Positions 1 through 13,135 are shown, counted from the first letter of the stretch. The stretch: 64,000 bases of DNA from Eledone cirrhosa (GCA_964016885.1 OZ024743.1:167710001-167774000); one strand, 5' to 3'. Notes: generated by a model not told the origin, from the sequence alone. Numbers and translations: made by a program.

Positions 1-1626
1 CGAAAGTCTATCTGGTTTTCGTGTTGGACGCGGCACTACTGATATGATCTTCTCAGCTAGACAGCTCCAGAAGAAGTGCATGGAACAAGGTTTGGATCTG
101 TATCAGGTTTTTGTCGATCAGACAAAAGCTTTCGATACTGTTAACAGAAATGCATTGTGGAAGGTTCTCCAGAAACCTGGTTGCCCTGATAAGTTCCTTG
201 CTTTGGTTAGGTCTTTCCATGACGACATGAAGGCTTGGGTTAATGTCAGAGGTAACATGTCGGAGCCTATCTCAGTAAAAAGGGGAGTGAAATAGGGGGA
301 TATTCCAGCACCGACCCTGTTTGCCATATACTTTGCAATGGTTTCCTACATCGCATTCAGAAATTGCGAGCATGTTGTTTACATCTACTATTAAACCTCT
401 GGCAGCATATTTAACATCAGGCGCTTTGCTGCAAGAACAAAAGTATTTACATCAATCATAAGAGACCTCTTGTATGCAGATGATTGCGATCTTGTAGCGC
501 ACACAGAGAGTGATATGCAGCACATTTTGAATGCATTTTCTGATGCTTGCACTTCCCTAGGATTGACTATCAGTCTCAAGAAAACCGTCGTCCTGTACCA
601 ACCTGCCCCTGTTAAGCAGTGCAGTAAACCAAATATCTATGTGTATGGTAAAAGACTTGGAGTGGTTGATCAGTTTGTCTACCTGGGAAGCACTGTCAAT
701 CGATACGCCAATCTTGATAATGAAATTCCACTCAGGATTAGAAAAGCAAGTGATGCTTTCGGAAAGCTAGAAAGAGGCTTCTAGGGTCGGCGAGAAATAT
801 GCAAAAAGACAAAGGTAAAGGTGTACAAGGCTTGTGAGCTCTCTTCTCTTCTTTATGCCTGCGAGACTTGGGTTACATATTGACACCATCTTAAACCATT
901 GGAGCGTTTCCAACAGATGTGTCTCAGACGGATCCATGGCGTTCACTGAAGGGACCACATCAGTGATGTCGGGAATGTGGAAAGCTCTGTGAAATTATAG
1001 AAACTCTTGTGCTTAAGCAAAGTCTCAGATTAAGGATTCTAGAATACCGAAACAACACTTTTATGGCGAGTTAAAGGAAAACGACCTCCACATAAATCAA
1101 AAAAAGAGGTATAAGGATTTGTTGAAAGTCTCTTTGAAAGACGCTAACATCTCTGCTGATACATGGGAAAGCGTAGTTGCTGATCGTAATAAATGGAGAA
1201 AGACTACACATGAGGGAAAAGTTGTTTTTGAGGCATCTCGAATCGCATACGAGAAAGTAAAAAGGGATGTGAGGAAGGGCATTGCTGTTGCATTTCCAGA
1301 CAGCGAAGGTCCTCCTATGGCGCTGACATGCATCGTCTGTGCGAGACTCTGCCTCAGCAAAGCTGGACTCGAAAGTCATCTTCGCAGTCATAAAGTGAGA
1401 CCAGTGGTTGACTAACAGGCTGCTGTTGGAGATGCTACTCATCATGCCTGCCAAGCATGTGGTAGAGAATGTAAAACAGCAGGAGGGTTCAAACGACATG
1501 CAAAAGTACATGAACTCCAACCACAGCCGACTATGGCCAGTGAATGTTTTTGGTTGCCATCTCTCTGCAAGACATTTTAGATCATTGGCTGGGCTAAAAA
1601 GCCACATTCGATGGCAGCACCGTTAA
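1..1626 (+). mobile_element. RTE (BovB-like) LINE, 3' part: decayed reverse transcriptase and C-terminal zinc fingers; 5' end outside the window
   Basis: ORFs 44-295 (DMIFSARQLQKKCMEQ...FVDxTKAFDTVNR), 470-784 (YADD; FVYLGS) and 1119-1415 (WESVVADRNKWR; C2H2 finger). Stops and frameshifts lie between them; a (TG/TA) microsatellite follows. Confidence 0.9.
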
Positions 1627-1634
1627 TTGTTATT

Positions 1635-1787
1635 GTGTGTGTGTGTGTATATGTATGTATGTGTGTGTGTGTGTGGAGCGGGTGTATGTGTATGTGTGTG
1701 TGTATGTGTGTGTGTATGTGTGTGTGTATGTGTGTATGTGTATATGTATGTGTATATGTATATGTGTGTATGTATGTGTGTGTATAT
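1635..1787. repeat. (TG)n/(TGTA)n compound microsatellite
   Basis: Seen directly. Confidence 0.95.
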
Positions 1788-1832
1788 ATTTTTTTTGTTT
1801 TCTATTTTTTTTCCTATTATTATTATTATTAT

Positions 1833-4425
1833 TGGTCGTCGGCAAGAGTAGGTGTGTATTTGGAAGCTCCGTCAGTTATTGAATTTTAGTTGTTTTGTTA
1901 ATTTGTACTTGCTTTTTTGTTGTTGCTAAGGGTCGTAAGACTTCTTTCTGTGCCATGTGAAGGGGAGACACTAAAATATTTGGGCCTTTTGGCCCAAATA
2001 TTTGAACATTTTATATTTAAAAAAACATTATAAAAAAAAAAAAACATGGCTGAGCCACACTCCCCAACGATATGTCTGCTGTTGTGTGACAGTGGCGTAA
2101 ACGTTGAGAGGAGGGTTACGGCGAACACAGAAATTTACACAACAAACACCACCACAAACAACATGAACAAAGACAGCAATAACAACAACACTGAGAATAC
2201 TATCTTTTAAAAAAATGACCACACCAACCACAACAGTAACAGCGACAACAAAATACAGAAAACAGAAATAATTACAACAAATGCAACGAGGAAACTAACA
2301 CCATTAACAAGAAAATAAATAACGACAGCAACAACAACAACGAGAACAACAACGGCGGCACCAAAACATAACCAACTGCAGCAGTGATGACAGCAACAAC
2401 ACCAACAAGCACAACGACAACAACAACAACGACAACACCAGCAACAACAAGAACGACGACAACACCAACAACAATATAGTCAACGAAAAACAGCAAAACA
2501 GCAACAACAAAAAGAATACTTTCGCGGCTGGAGTAGCCAAGAGCCAAATGCTGTACGATTTCGATCTTACGGAGAAAAAAGAACGTTTGGTCCAAGTGGA
2601 AAAATTTATAGCAAGAGAGAAAAGCTGGGCCAATTTAAACATCACGGCAGAGGTGATGGCAGCAAAGGAGAAGACAACTTTGAAATATCGATGCATTTCA
2701 GTGAAATCTTGAAAAGTCGAGAATGACTCTGAAGGGCAGGTAGAGGCAGCGCTGAAATGCATCGATAACGACGAAATAGACCATATAATAAGGGCCAGAC
2801 AGTTTGGGAGCATCTTGGTGCTATTCAAAACTAAGACCCTTGCTATAAAGCATTCTGTGGTCCCCTGCAAAACGGACCAAATAATTTTGTACCCGTCCTA
2901 CATGGGAAGGAGAATAGTAAGGGTCCGTGTTCACAGGATTCCACCAGGATTGAATTTATGGTGGCTCCTGGGATGCGTGGTGGTAGAGGCCCTGACACCC
3001 TCTTTGACGTTAAATTTCCAAAGAGAGAGAGAGAGAGGTGGTCCGGGACTGGTTTGGAGATGTTTCTCCAAATAAGACCGGAAGACATTAAAACATACCG
3101 GACCACATAAAACTACCGGACGGGTACGAAATCCAGGTGGTCACGGAGAGCAAAAGCCCGCATTGTTTCGTGTGTGGTGAAGCCACACATGAGAGCCTTT
3201 TACCCCAACTGAAAATTACAGGGGGCCGCAAACCTCTGTTGCTGCCAACACCGGTGTCGTGAGGAGGGACAACACCAGCAGCAACAACAGAAAATGAAAC
3301 AGCACCATTAACAACAAGGATAATTAAATCCACCCAGGTTGTCACTCAACCAAGCTCTCCCTCCCCACCTCTTTCAAACACAAACACACAGAACAAAACA
3401 ACAAACACACCCGTAAACACACTCCCACTCCTCTCTGTCACAGAGTCCCCAGACACCAGTTCCTCAGCTTCTCCGAGTGAAGATGAGGAGGAACCCCGAA
3501 AGCCTAAAAAGCAAAAAGAAAACACAAAAAGAAAAAGAAAAATCCAGCTCCACACACACCAACAAGCACACAAAACACACCCAGAGCAACACCAACTCCA
3601 AACCGTCAACAACACTGACACAAGTGCAAGTCATCCCAAACAAAAGAAAACACACGCAAACACCAACAACAGACACACAAAACTTCGTGTTACTAAGGAG
3701 GACCAATAAACAACTAATAGCCCTTGTAACATTGAGTAAAGACATTGAGAGGGAGAGATTTTTGGCACCTGCACCCTCAAAGTGCCCAAACACTGCGATT
3801 GGTGCGAATGCCAATACGAACTTACAAAGATATTAAGGAGAGCTTTCCCGACGACATGGGAACCCTTAATGTAAGGGATAGGCTCCTAAAGGGGGGGGGA
3901 GGCAATTTTCCTGTCTGGTCTGGTGGCATTAGTGAAAGAGGTTGTATGGTGGACCAGGTTGAAATGACTGAAGGCAGACACTTTTCTCTTCGGCCAATCC
4001 CTCATAAACTTTTTCAAGTTTCACTTGGAAAGGAAGGTAAGGGCGGAGAGAGAAGTGCTGCCCCCCCCCCCCCCCCAGCACGTTTGCTGAAAGGTGGGTG
4101 AATGTGGCGAGAATGGTCCGTGTGAGTGGGCTTACTCTGATCATGCCCCTGTAGGTGGGCAAATTTGAGGAGGAGAGGGGTGCATTTCCCGGGTGCTCTC
4201 AAAGCGTCGGGTCGTTCAGGATTGATGGGGTACCTGAGCGAACCCTGGGTGGTCATCCCCCCTATTGGGGAATTTTTCTAGTTGTATTTTATTGTTACTT
4301 TGTTATTGTTATTTATATTGTTTACACGTTGTATATGTATATGTACACCCCCACTGTCCCAGTCTTTTGTCTTGTCCCCTATATGTCGGCCCTTGTGGCC
4401 AATAAATGAAACCATTATTATTATT
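1833..4425 (+). mobile_element. L1/Tx1-type element with decayed ORF1 but almost all of ORF2 deleted (HAL1-like)
   Basis: ORF1 remnants are homologous to the copies at 60376 and 41787 (zinc knuckle CFVCGE..H near 3163; FPDDMG matches FPNAVG). After the G-run at about 3890 the sequence matches the last ~80 codons of ORF2 at 25475-25722. It ends GGCCCTTGTGGCCAATAAATGAAACC(ATT)n and has (ATT)n upstream. Confidence 0.8.
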
Positions 4426-4969
4426 GTTGTTGTTGTTGTTTATTTATTTATTTTTTCCGTGCAATGGCCATACTCGATAACGAGGGCACAGCCATCATGT
4501 ATGTATGTATCTATCTATCTATATTTCAATCTTTCCCTTAACTTTTTTCCGACATCCCATATCTTTTCTTCCTGACTCTCGATCCTTTAATATTTATAAT
4601 CTTTCCCTAAATTAATTTTCCTCCTCAGTCACTTTTTGAAAAGTTTCTGTCTTCTTCAAATAATCTATTTAACGTTTCCCTTTCCCCCTTTTCCATTTTC
4701 TCATTTACCAACAGCCTTTTCACTTTCAAACCAAACAAATCGTGGCTGTTTGTTTACGTTAGAAAAAGAAAATGCCACCTACACTACAAGATGGTTGTCA
4801 GGTATTTGTTGAATTTAGGTCAAGATGGATGGAAAACATCGTTTCGGGAAACCATTAACCTTGTGTTGAATGAAAAAGAAAATTGTTGTGTTGCTTAATT
4901 AGTTGGAGTAACTTCAAACACTTATGACAAATGGGAGTATGAGCATGAGTAGGAGGTAGGAGTATGAGT

Positions 4970-5342
<373 letters not shown>

Positions 5343-5492
5343 CTGTCTAGAGTTGCGACCGATAGATAGTATTAGCAATTGGAAAACCAATGGAAACCTT
5401 ATTTCCTCGGTCCGATTTGACGAAAGTCGATCGTTCCAAACAAAATAGTTAGTATTAGCCAAAATCCCGTTTGCTCGCATTTACTCACTCAA

Positions 5493-5534
<42 letters not shown>

Positions 5535-6066
5535 GGGGTAACAGATTATTGTCATAGGTAGTCCACTTAGGTGTAGTCCAGTTAGGGTACTCCGGGTAGT
5601 GGATGATATCAACGCTTGGCTAAGTTTGACTCAACAAGTCGTTTCCATAGTGATGCTGCGAGTACGCGGTGATTTCGAGTACGATGAGATTTCGAGTACG
5701 AGTTGCGAGTACGATGAGATTAAAAACCTTTTTTTTGTATAGCAAACCGTGTCACTCTTCTGTCCTCATATATATATATATATATATATATGAAAAGATT
5801 CAGGACACCCATGGCTGAACTCCGGCCGTTTCGACAGGTAAATCCGAACTGAAGCACCAGTATTCGAACGGCGGGAATATAGCTGAACTTATCAAGGGGT
5901 ACAGTCCATATATGGGCAGACAGTCAAAGCAAGAAAAAAAAATTTGAAAAGTCCCCTTTTTTGTTATTTATTTGTTTTTCTCCGGGAGTGGTCAGTGATC
6001 TGGGTGTGGAGTTAGTTTTGTTCAAATGACTGGTTTAGTCCTGCTAAATCTCTTGTATTTTATAAG

Positions 6067-6204
6067 AGTTACGGCCCATTATGATCTGAGTTCAAATCCC
6101 GCCGAGGTTAACTTTGCCTTTCATCCTTACGGGGTTGATAAAATAAAGTACCAGTAATTCACTGGGATAATTGCTGGCCTTGTGCCAAAAGTAGAAACAA
6201 TTAT
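6067..6204 (+). mobile_element. Meta-domain tRNA-SINE, 5'-truncated
   Basis: B box GAGTTCAAATCC; GCCTTTCATCCTTACGGGGTTGATAAAATAAAGTACCAG; tail GGCCTTGTGCCAAAAGTAGAAACAATTAT. Confidence 0.9.
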
Positions 6205-8653
6205 ATTTATTACACTCATGGTGGCAAGGAAAGGGGCTAGACAGGCCAAAAAGCAAGAGGAAATGGGTGAGTAGATTTATTGACCTGAAAGTGTTAAGCC
6301 AGTCAGTTGTGCACACACGCTCTTAAGAGAGAATTTTTCTTTATCAACTATTTCTAATCTGCAGGAATGGTATTATACTTAACTCGATTAGATTAAAAAA
6401 GAAAAACCACGAGAGAAAATATAATTTCGGTGTATTTAAGTCAAAGAAAATGGCGTAGTATATCTATGTGTTTGTTGATTTGCTTTTTCTTTACAGTTTG
6501 CTAAAAAATTAAGCATTTATAATTTATTACTATATCTCCTCTTCATAGAGAAATCTAGTTATCAAAGATAGTACTAATTGTTTCGGCTATCGTGCTGCCG
6601 TAAGTTAGCTAAAATTCTATAGTAAAGTAGATTCCTATTTTATATAAGAAATTCCTCAAAGTGTAATTTTAACATGTATATCAAAGTCGCAATACCTTAG
6701 CAAAAGGAAGTAATAAAATTGAATGCCGGCCAATAGCTTTCTTTAATAATTCTAAGGCACTGGCCTAATATAAGTTTATATGATAGTACACATTTATTCT
6801 ATGTACCAGGCAAGCCATTGCAGCAGCCCAGTAATGGCTGCGAGTAAACTTGTGCCTCGTGCTTAAGCTGTGAGTAGTATGTCTAGTAATGTGTCATAGC
6901 TATCTATTCGGCTGGTCCTATAGTGCAATGTGTATATGTTTGCAATAATGAAAATATTCTATTTTTACCTAAGGATGCTTAGGGTTTCCTCTATCTTAGT
7001 GTGTATGTGGGAAGGATATCAAAGCCAAGATTCCGCTATAAATTTGACTAAACAAATAATAACCGGGCGTATTATTAAACTATTTTATTTAGTAAAATTT
7101 CAAATGCCGCTCGCCGTTTTCTAAACACACCTGCTTTCTTCCTTTATATATGTATCTCCTCCTATTCTCCTTTATTACCCTTTCTACGCCTCGGTGACAT
7201 TATTCTTTGTGTTGGACTTCAGTCTATATTATTCTTTTCTGTTTTTAGATTTCTCTCCTTTCTATATTTTTCTCCTTTGGCTTAGCCCCGTGCACCATCC
7301 TCTCCCTTCTTTGTCTGTGGACGCAGTTGCGATACTTTTTCCTCTTTATCTGTATAATCGGCCGAAAGGCATACATTGTTCTGCTTTTCTTTCAACCCAT
7401 TTTGTTACGTCCCAATGTGCGCCGGAATGATTAGTATCAACCTTGATAAACCAAAACTGTAGGGATTTCCTGACGTTGACTGAAGGGATGGGACTCTCTC
7501 TTTTCCCGTTGTTTTTTCGATTGCTTTTGTCCTGTGCACGCAACTACTTTGAATTTATATTCCAAAGGCTTAGCCAATATATATATATATATAAAGTTGA
7601 AAGAGATAGAAGGCTAAAAAATGTAAAATGGACTGAAAGATGAGGTAACGAAAAGTAAAAGTTACCTGGTAATCTTTGTTGTGTTTTGTTGTTGTTGTTA
7701 TTGTTCTAAGTCGTTTTCAAGCGTTTGTTTATGGTTACTTCGCTTTCCACGTGAATGACGTCAATTGCCAATATAGTATTTCGCGAAATCAATTTTCTTT
7801 TTTGAATGAGATGTTTAGTTTGTGTGCCTGTGGGTGTGTCTTTTTATGTCAAGTACTGTGTGCTGAATTCTAATTTATTATTTATTTGCGTTTAAAACAT
7901 CGTAGTGTTTAAAGTATTTAAACATTAACCGAATGAGCACACAATAATGTTGAGTAAAGAGTTGAAATATATTTTCTAAGTAGAAAAGTGGCAGTAACCT
8001 CGACGTTTCAGTTTGGTCGCTTCATCATACTTACAAACACACGCGTGCATACACATGCCATACACACAGAATATATATATATATATTAGGGATATATATA
8101 TATATAATATAGTTATTGGTTATATTAGGGTTTACCTATATAGATCCGGGTAAAGATGAGAGATCTCTATGCAAATCAGTTTCCTTTATACACTTTAATT
8201 CTTACGAAATTATAAATCCTCTTTACCATTTTTTGTTTTTTTTGTATATTTGACTAAATATTGTCATTTTCTCCTTTTTAATTGACTAAATATTGTCCTT
8301 TTCTTCTTTTCTTGGACTAAATATCTTTTGTAATTTTAATATGTCTGTTAATGTACGGATGCACAGAAGTACTAAATTTTCATATACTGCCTTGAACACC
8401 ATGTCTGCTTTGCTGTTGCCTTTGAATGTATTTGTAATTTGCAATATATTAAGTGTTATGGCTATGAGCCTCATCTATGTTTCTCTCTCTCTTTCCCTCA
8501 CTCCCCTCTCCCCCTCTCACTCTCTCTTCTTTCCCTCACTCTCTCTCTCTATATATATATATAGATAACGAAGGAGTTGTGGTAAGGAACCAGATGGACC
8601 ATAACGCACCAGCGTACTCAATACTTAGGGTAGTAGAGTGGGTAATAGGAAAA

Positions 8654-8717
8654 AGTATGACCCCGACGGCAGAAATAGCCGTCGAAACGGCTTGAGCTCT
8701 GCCGTCGGGGTCATACT
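8654..8717. repeat. Perfect 20-bp inverted repeat enclosing a hammerhead-like remnant
   Basis: AGTATGACCCCGACGGCAGA (8654-8673) and TCTGCCGTCGGGGTCATACT (8698-8717); internal GACGGC-loop-GCCGTC-GAAAC. Confidence 0.8.
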
Positions 8718-9322
8718 CTTTTCTATATATAGATATATATATGTAAAATTATATATGTATATAAATCATATATACAAGCACCGGTCTGATAAGCTTCCAG
8801 GCTCGAGAGAGTCTTTAGTTGTAACATCAACACAGAAATGTTTAGAGCTGAAGTCGACTTCTTCCTTCTGCGCAAAAGATATCCTAAATGACACTGTAAC
8901 TAATTTAATTATCTAAGTGATTCAAGAAACAAACAACAAAATAGACCATAAGCAGGAAATATAGTTTGTTAATCCTGAAACATGTCAAATTCGCAAAACA
9001 ACTTACACTTAACTTCAATAAAACACCTTAGCAGCTATGATATTCTGATGCGTTTCTCTGTTCTTCTCTATAGAACTTACATTATACTCGAACACTTTGA
9101 GTCTACATTAAATAATGATGATTTTGATAGCGTACTAAAAGAACTGTCTAAAATTATCTGTAGTTTTTGTTTTGTCTATTTCTATCGTTCATGTTTAAAC
9201 AATGTTTTCGTGCCATTTAGATTTTATATCTACTAGTATCGGTGGTATATGTAGTATTTCAGAGTTATTTTCGATTGTCGAAAGGATTTATTTCTCTAAA
9301 GTTTACTGTATATATATATATA

Positions 9323-12300
9323 GGGCGGTTAAAATTCCCGAGATCAATGGACGAGTTCTCTCCAGCGGTCTCTGTCCCTCATCATCGCCGCCATGTCCTG
9401 CGTCTCCAAGTGACCAGTGTCTGTCCTTAGGGCATCAACATATCTTAACCTCGGTCTTCCTCTTCCAGTGTGTCCCTGCAGGGGCTCCCAAAGGAGCACT
9501 GAGTGCAGTTTCAACTCTGGATGTCGGTGAGCATGTCCAGCTAACCTCAGTCTACTCTGTGTCACTTTTGAGCTGACTTTTGGGAGGCTCCCGTACAGCT
9601 CTGACTTCTTCATCCTCAGTGTATACTGATTAATGTTCAGAGCCATCCTCAGCATTCTCGTGTAGCACCCATCCACCATCTGAGTGAGTTTCTTGGTCAG
9701 TGTCCAAGTCTCAGACCCGTACAGCAGCACAGACTCCACTACAGCTACGTAGACACGGATCTTGAGGTCTTTATGAAGGTCCGACTTGCACACCGATCTC
9801 AAGCTGTGGCACGCCGCCCAGGCTTTCCTCTTCCTCTCGACCACATCATCTTCCGTATTCCTAATCTTTGCTCCCAAATACAGGAAGTTCTGAAACAATT
9901 CTAGCGGCTTTTTAATATTCTAGTGGCTTTTTAATATTCTCTACCAGATATTTTGTCTTAATCTCATTCATTCTCAGCCCCACACTCATCGACACAGTCT
10001 CCATCTCCTGCATCAAAGCCCCTGCCTCCTTCACTGTGTTTGTCACCAAAACTATGTCGTCGGCAAATTCAGCATCCGATATCTTTTTCGCCTTAACTCT
10101 CCTGCTCTGAGCCGGTGCTACAGTAAAGCCAGAGTCCTGGTGTTTCTCCAGCGCAAGGCGCATACAATAGTCCACTGTGATGATAAAAAGGAGGGAACCA
10201 ATGTATCTCCCTGGAGCACTCCAGCAAGTATCTCAAAGAACTCTGTTATCCCATCAGGTGTAATGACTTGGGCTTTGGTGTTGATGTAGAGCAGTGATAT
10301 CAGGTCCACTCTCTTGGGATTCCATAAGCCTGTAAGATCTTCATCAGGCAGTGACGGTCCACAGAATCAAAGGCCTTCCTAAAGTCAATGAAAACGATGA
10401 CCGCAGGAAGGGACTTTGCTCTAGCTCCCTCTAATATCCTCCTCAGCATCAGGATGTGACTGGTATTTGATCTTCCCTCTCTGAAGCCGTTCTGGTTGTC
10501 CCTGAGCTTCTTCTCGATCTCGGGTTGGATCCTGTTAAGAATCATCCTGTTGGGGGTCTTTGCCACAAGTGACGTCAGTGAGATCCCCCTTTATTTGTTG
10601 GTGTTAGAGAGATCTCCCTTCTTTGGCACTGGGACGATGTTACTGATCCTCCACTGATTCGGGGCAACTCCTTTCTCCAGTGCCTGGTTACAGAACTCCA
10701 AGATCAAAATCACACTTCTTCATCACTTCTAATGCCACTCCATCTTCTCCATGAGCCTTGCTCTCCTTGATCTTCTTCTTGACTCTCTGAAGCTCCTCTC
10801 TGGTGTAGGGCCCTGTCTCAATATCCAGTTCTTCAAACAGCCGCCTGATCTCCTCAGTATTCTGCGCTGTGGAGTGCAGCTCTCCTAGTAGGGTCCTAAA
10901 ATGGTCTAGCCATTTCCCCTTCCTATCATCGGGCCCTGTTCCCTGGATCTGACTCGAACACCTTCTCTTCCTCCCTGTGATTTCGTTGATGATCATCCAG
11001 CTCTATTTACACTTACACATGTCAACCGCTCTCTCCACACTTCTGATCTACTCTATCAGTGCCTCCTCTCTGGCCTCAATATAAGCGGTACAGAGTTCTT
11101 CCCTCATCACCTCCACATTCTCCTTGCTCTCTTCCGTAGGATCAGCATAGAATTGGTCCTTGGCAGGTTTGAGGTGTTCTCAGGCTGCACACACCTTTAG
11201 GTCTGCAGAGCTGACGTGCTTCCTCTTGTTCTTTCTCCTCGGCACGAGAGTCTCACTTGCTTCCGCCACTGCATTGGTGAAGTACCCGTACATCCTCGTC
11301 ACACTCTCCTCAGTCTCTCCAATCTCTCTCTCTCCTCTGTCTCTCCACACAGAGCACTGAACCTGTTCCTCACTACTGTGAACCTCTCCAGTAGCTTATC
11401 ATCTTCCTTGAAAGCTCCACAGTCATAGATTGCTCTCCGGGGCTGAGCCTTGCTCTTTCTTAAGCTCACCCGGACCTCACTCATAACAAGCCGGTGGTCA
11501 CTGTCCAGTTTACTGAAATAGTTCTAGCGTTGTGTGTTCTGACCATTATTCCGCCACTTTTTCCTCACGAGAATGAAATCAATCTGGGACTTGGACAGGT
11601 GCATATCGGAGTTGTAGGTCCACATCTTCCCCAGGTTGGTAGCTATCAAGTTCGCCTTCAGCAGAGTGTCTCTCAGTCGTCTTCCATTTCGGTTGGTGTT
11701 GCAAGGATCTTCACTGCTCTCCTTACTCAGATGTGCATTGAAGTCCCCCAGAACAAGCAGGATATTGTGTGCTTGTGTGGTATTGACAGCTCTACACACC
11801 TCCTCAGGGAACACTTCCGCACTCACATCAATGTCTCCCTCGGTTGGACTCTAGGCTGAGATGAATGTCAGTCTTGGGTTTCCATTGAAGGTCACTCTCA
11901 ACACTCGCGGGGATACAGGTATTATTTCCCTCACCAATAGAATGGTTTTTGCGCTGAAAACAAAAACCCACTCCTCCTACTGCAGCATTGGTCATGTTCT
12001 TCACTGCCGATGTAGTGATGAGCTGGCTCCTCTTCCCTATCATCACACTCCTCACGGGCTCATCGTGTAGGATCCTGTGTTCTTGGATCGCAAGTATCTG
12101 CATACCACTCTCCTCGAACAGATGACCCAACTCTTCTCTCTTCTCCAGCGTCCGAATAGTCCTCACATTCAAAGTGCCCATTTTGATGGCTCTTCTGCAG
12201 GACAAAACTGCATTCTTTATATTCGTCTCAAAGACAGCTGATCCATCATCCACTGGCCCTCCCTGTGGCTCTAAGCCAGCAGATTGATGATGACCAGACT

Positions 12301-12571
12301 GCTCCTTGACAGTGTAGTTAGGGGCTCCAACCCTAGTGCTGTTAAATACACTCTCCATGGTTATTTTCACTGGCTAATAATATGTTACCGGCGCCACTCG
12401 AATAAGGTAATTATTTAACCCATAAATGGGGCCCTAACAGGTACTACTAGTCCAGGCCAGAGCAGACCTGGGAGTTATGACAACTAAGGGGTAACTCCAC
12501 ATTCCCCACAGCTCCTGAACTCCCGAACTGGAGCCTTGTAACTGGATCTAGTTTAATGTCATACCCAGGGC
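9323..12571 (-). mobile_element. Apparently full-length RTE-clade LINE (APE endonuclease + RT), pseudogenised, flanked by (TA)n
   Basis: ORFs: GTLNVRT and LAIQEHR (APE), LGDFNAH, QIDFILV, NQNGFREGRS, FIDFRKAFDSV, GVLQGDTL, FADDI, FLYLG, LLYGSETW, GRPRLRY. TA repeats lie on both sides. Confidence 0.92.
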
Positions 12572-12599
12572 ATATATATATATATATATATATAAAGAA

Positions 12600-13135
12600 A
12601 ATGATAATAAAATAAGGTTTGAAAAGCGCACCTCGTATATATAATATATAAAAAGGATCTTTATAACATGTATAATAAAATTGATGTTAGAAGAGCCTGC
12701 TTTCTCCGTTTTGGATCTTCAAAGCATTTGTTATTAGATTAAATTGTTTTTCGATAAAACTACTGCATGCTGATTTTTGACCCCATTGGTTTGGGTCGCT
12801 TCTGTACTTGCTAAAGTAAGGGATGCAACTTAATTTTTCGTTTTCGCTTGTGTGTAAAAAAAGTTTTTTTTAAATCTGTGACAAGGGGCGTAACTCTACC
12901 TTCCTTTAGTGTTTAAACGATTATTATGTTGCAAGTCGGTTCAAACTTGGTTTGAATTTTCTCATAAACATTTTCGTGTTCTGTGATTTCATAACTACAT
13001 TGGTACAATGGGAAAACATCGAAGTTTCGTAGCGTTTTGCCTCCACATTCTTCTACATGTTTTCTTAGAGGGATCTTTCTAGTATACGGGTTCTGATTTA
13101 CTGTCTATGGATTGTCATTCTCTGGATGAACCTGG
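12600..13135 (-). mobile_element. Penelope-like element 3' remnant (GIY-YIG C-terminus plus hammerhead-like motif)
   Basis: Minus strand reads RMTIHRQ*IR...RKIPLRKHVEECGG...FDVFPLYQC. Downstream on the minus strand is TTGAAGA-TCC-loop-GGA-GAAA-GCAGGC-TC (12685-12730). Confidence 0.55.

Noticed and set aside
6809-6869. Exon-like segment with CAG acceptor and GTGAGT donor
   Set aside because: Stops in all three frames and no other support.
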